From NCBI RefSeq assembly GCF_036588685.1, contig NC_086381.1, forward strand, positions 57,102,001 through 57,166,000: a stretch of 64,000 nt of DNA. The letters are read 5' to 3'. This DNA comes from Mytilus trossulus. Lineage: Eukaryota. Of this stretch, positions 62,631 to 64,000 are shown in pieces. The translations under genes and the position numbers were made by a program. Under the pieces are notes generated by a model, which saw only the letters and a list, made by a program, of their open reading frames with translations, was not told where the DNA came from and did no database searches. How positions within the stretch are numbered: the stretch's first letter is position 1; every line of letters starts with the position of its first letter.

Positions 62631-63929
62631 ATATGTGAACACTGTACTGAACAACTGAGAGACACAAAATAATAAATGAAATTGCAAAGTCTTGCTATGG
62701 CAATGTTTTCAGAATAAGTCAAAGTTCAGGTCGAGACATACATTTAAACAAGATAATATATAACAAACATTGTAAAATGTTATCTATATGAATTTGTTTG
62801 CCAATGCTTTGAATTATAAAGCAATTTTTTTTTTACTGCATGACTGTTTAATCATTTCTGGAGCTAATGATATATATTTATGACAAAAAAATGCTTACGT
62901 CCAAATGCATGTTGTAAACAAATTTGTATATGAAGAATGACAAGTACCCTTTTATCAACGAAATAACATTATAATTTGTTATTTGTGTAAAGAAACATTT
63001 ATCGTTGAGGGCAAACATGCACAAAGTCATATGTTGCATAAACTATGTGGTAGCAGATGTTGAATATCATGTCTGTCAAATCGAGTATAAACACTTGAAG
63101 TTAGAGGATATCTAATTGGAAGACATTAATACAGTAATTTTTCCATTTCCAAATGTAAGTTTATTTTCAGTATTTATTTGATAATAATAATTCTATATGT
63201 GTTAATCAATAATTCGTTCATATTTTTCTGGTAAAGATGAATCAATATAAAAAATAAAAATCAAGTAATGCATTTTTATTAAATTTACGAAAATATAAAC
63301 GAATTGATGAAGTGTAACTAATATTACTGGAGTCATTCGCTTTAGAACAAAAATCCGATTCTTTTTCGATGAAATATTTGAATCACACAGTGAAACCTAA
63401 ACATCTAAAGTATCCTCCTGTATTTGACCTCAATAGAAACGGCCACATCGAATAACTTGATATATACAGTAGTTTAAATCGGGATCAACTTCTGATACTT
63501 TTTAATGTCCACAGAAGCAATTAAAGTTGAGTACAAACAACGAAATGTGTAGACTAGTTTCAAAAGTTTGAAATTAACGGATATAAGTACAATAAAATCA
63601 TAGGTAATGGTATGCAAGTTGGCTTCATGAAGTTTAGATCTTATCACTAAACTTCAATGTTTAATCACTCCCACTTTTGTCATGGTCATGAAATTTGCTC
63701 GATTGCAAAGGTATCCGTGATTGACATACACAACATACAAAAACAAACAAGTTTAGGACACCATGTTTCTTCTACAACTTACTCTACATGTTTCCTTGAT
63801 TGAAATGCAGCTTTTCAAAACAATCACTGTATGTCAGTTACAATGTTTAAGACCAGTATGTGTTGATAAAACAATCCATAACAAAAATTCAAAACAGAAA
63901 CTTGTTCAGAACCGTAATTATCGAAACGA

Positions 63930-64000
63930 AGATGAGGTATGAGACAACTCTCTAATATGGACCAAATGACACAGAAATTACCACCTATAGGTCACCATAC
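63930..64000 (-). repeat. Family A repeat end, cut by the window edge
   Basis: GAGACAACTCTC...GACCAAATGACACAGAAATTA...TATAGGTCACC. Confidence 0.6.

Overview
AT-rich eukaryotic genomic DNA that looks like a mussel (Mytilus-type repeats and genes; species not provable from the sequence). The main content is a tandem cluster of spliced genes for secreted cysteine-rich pre-pro-peptides matching the mussel CRP-I (MgCRP-I) family. Five genes have intact coding exons (four on -, one on +); there is also a tandemly duplicated terminal exon and a truncated pseudogene. All share one architecture: TATA box, non-coding exon 1, 52 coding nt of signal peptide in exon 2, a 49-nt acidic pro exon 3, and an exon 4 with LVKR followed by four C-C-CC-C-C modules (24 Cys). 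Between the genes are hammerhead-ribozyme retrozyme/Penelope-type insertions, two Penelope-like RT fragments and their dispersed tails, a TSD-flanked retroposon carrying an intact 218-aa ORF, several MITEs, a 3.7-kb TIR element holding a decayed gag-protease remnant, a 2.8-kb ~62-bp minisatellite, and an inverted array of tRNA-derived repeats. Most other ORFs in the track are spurious.
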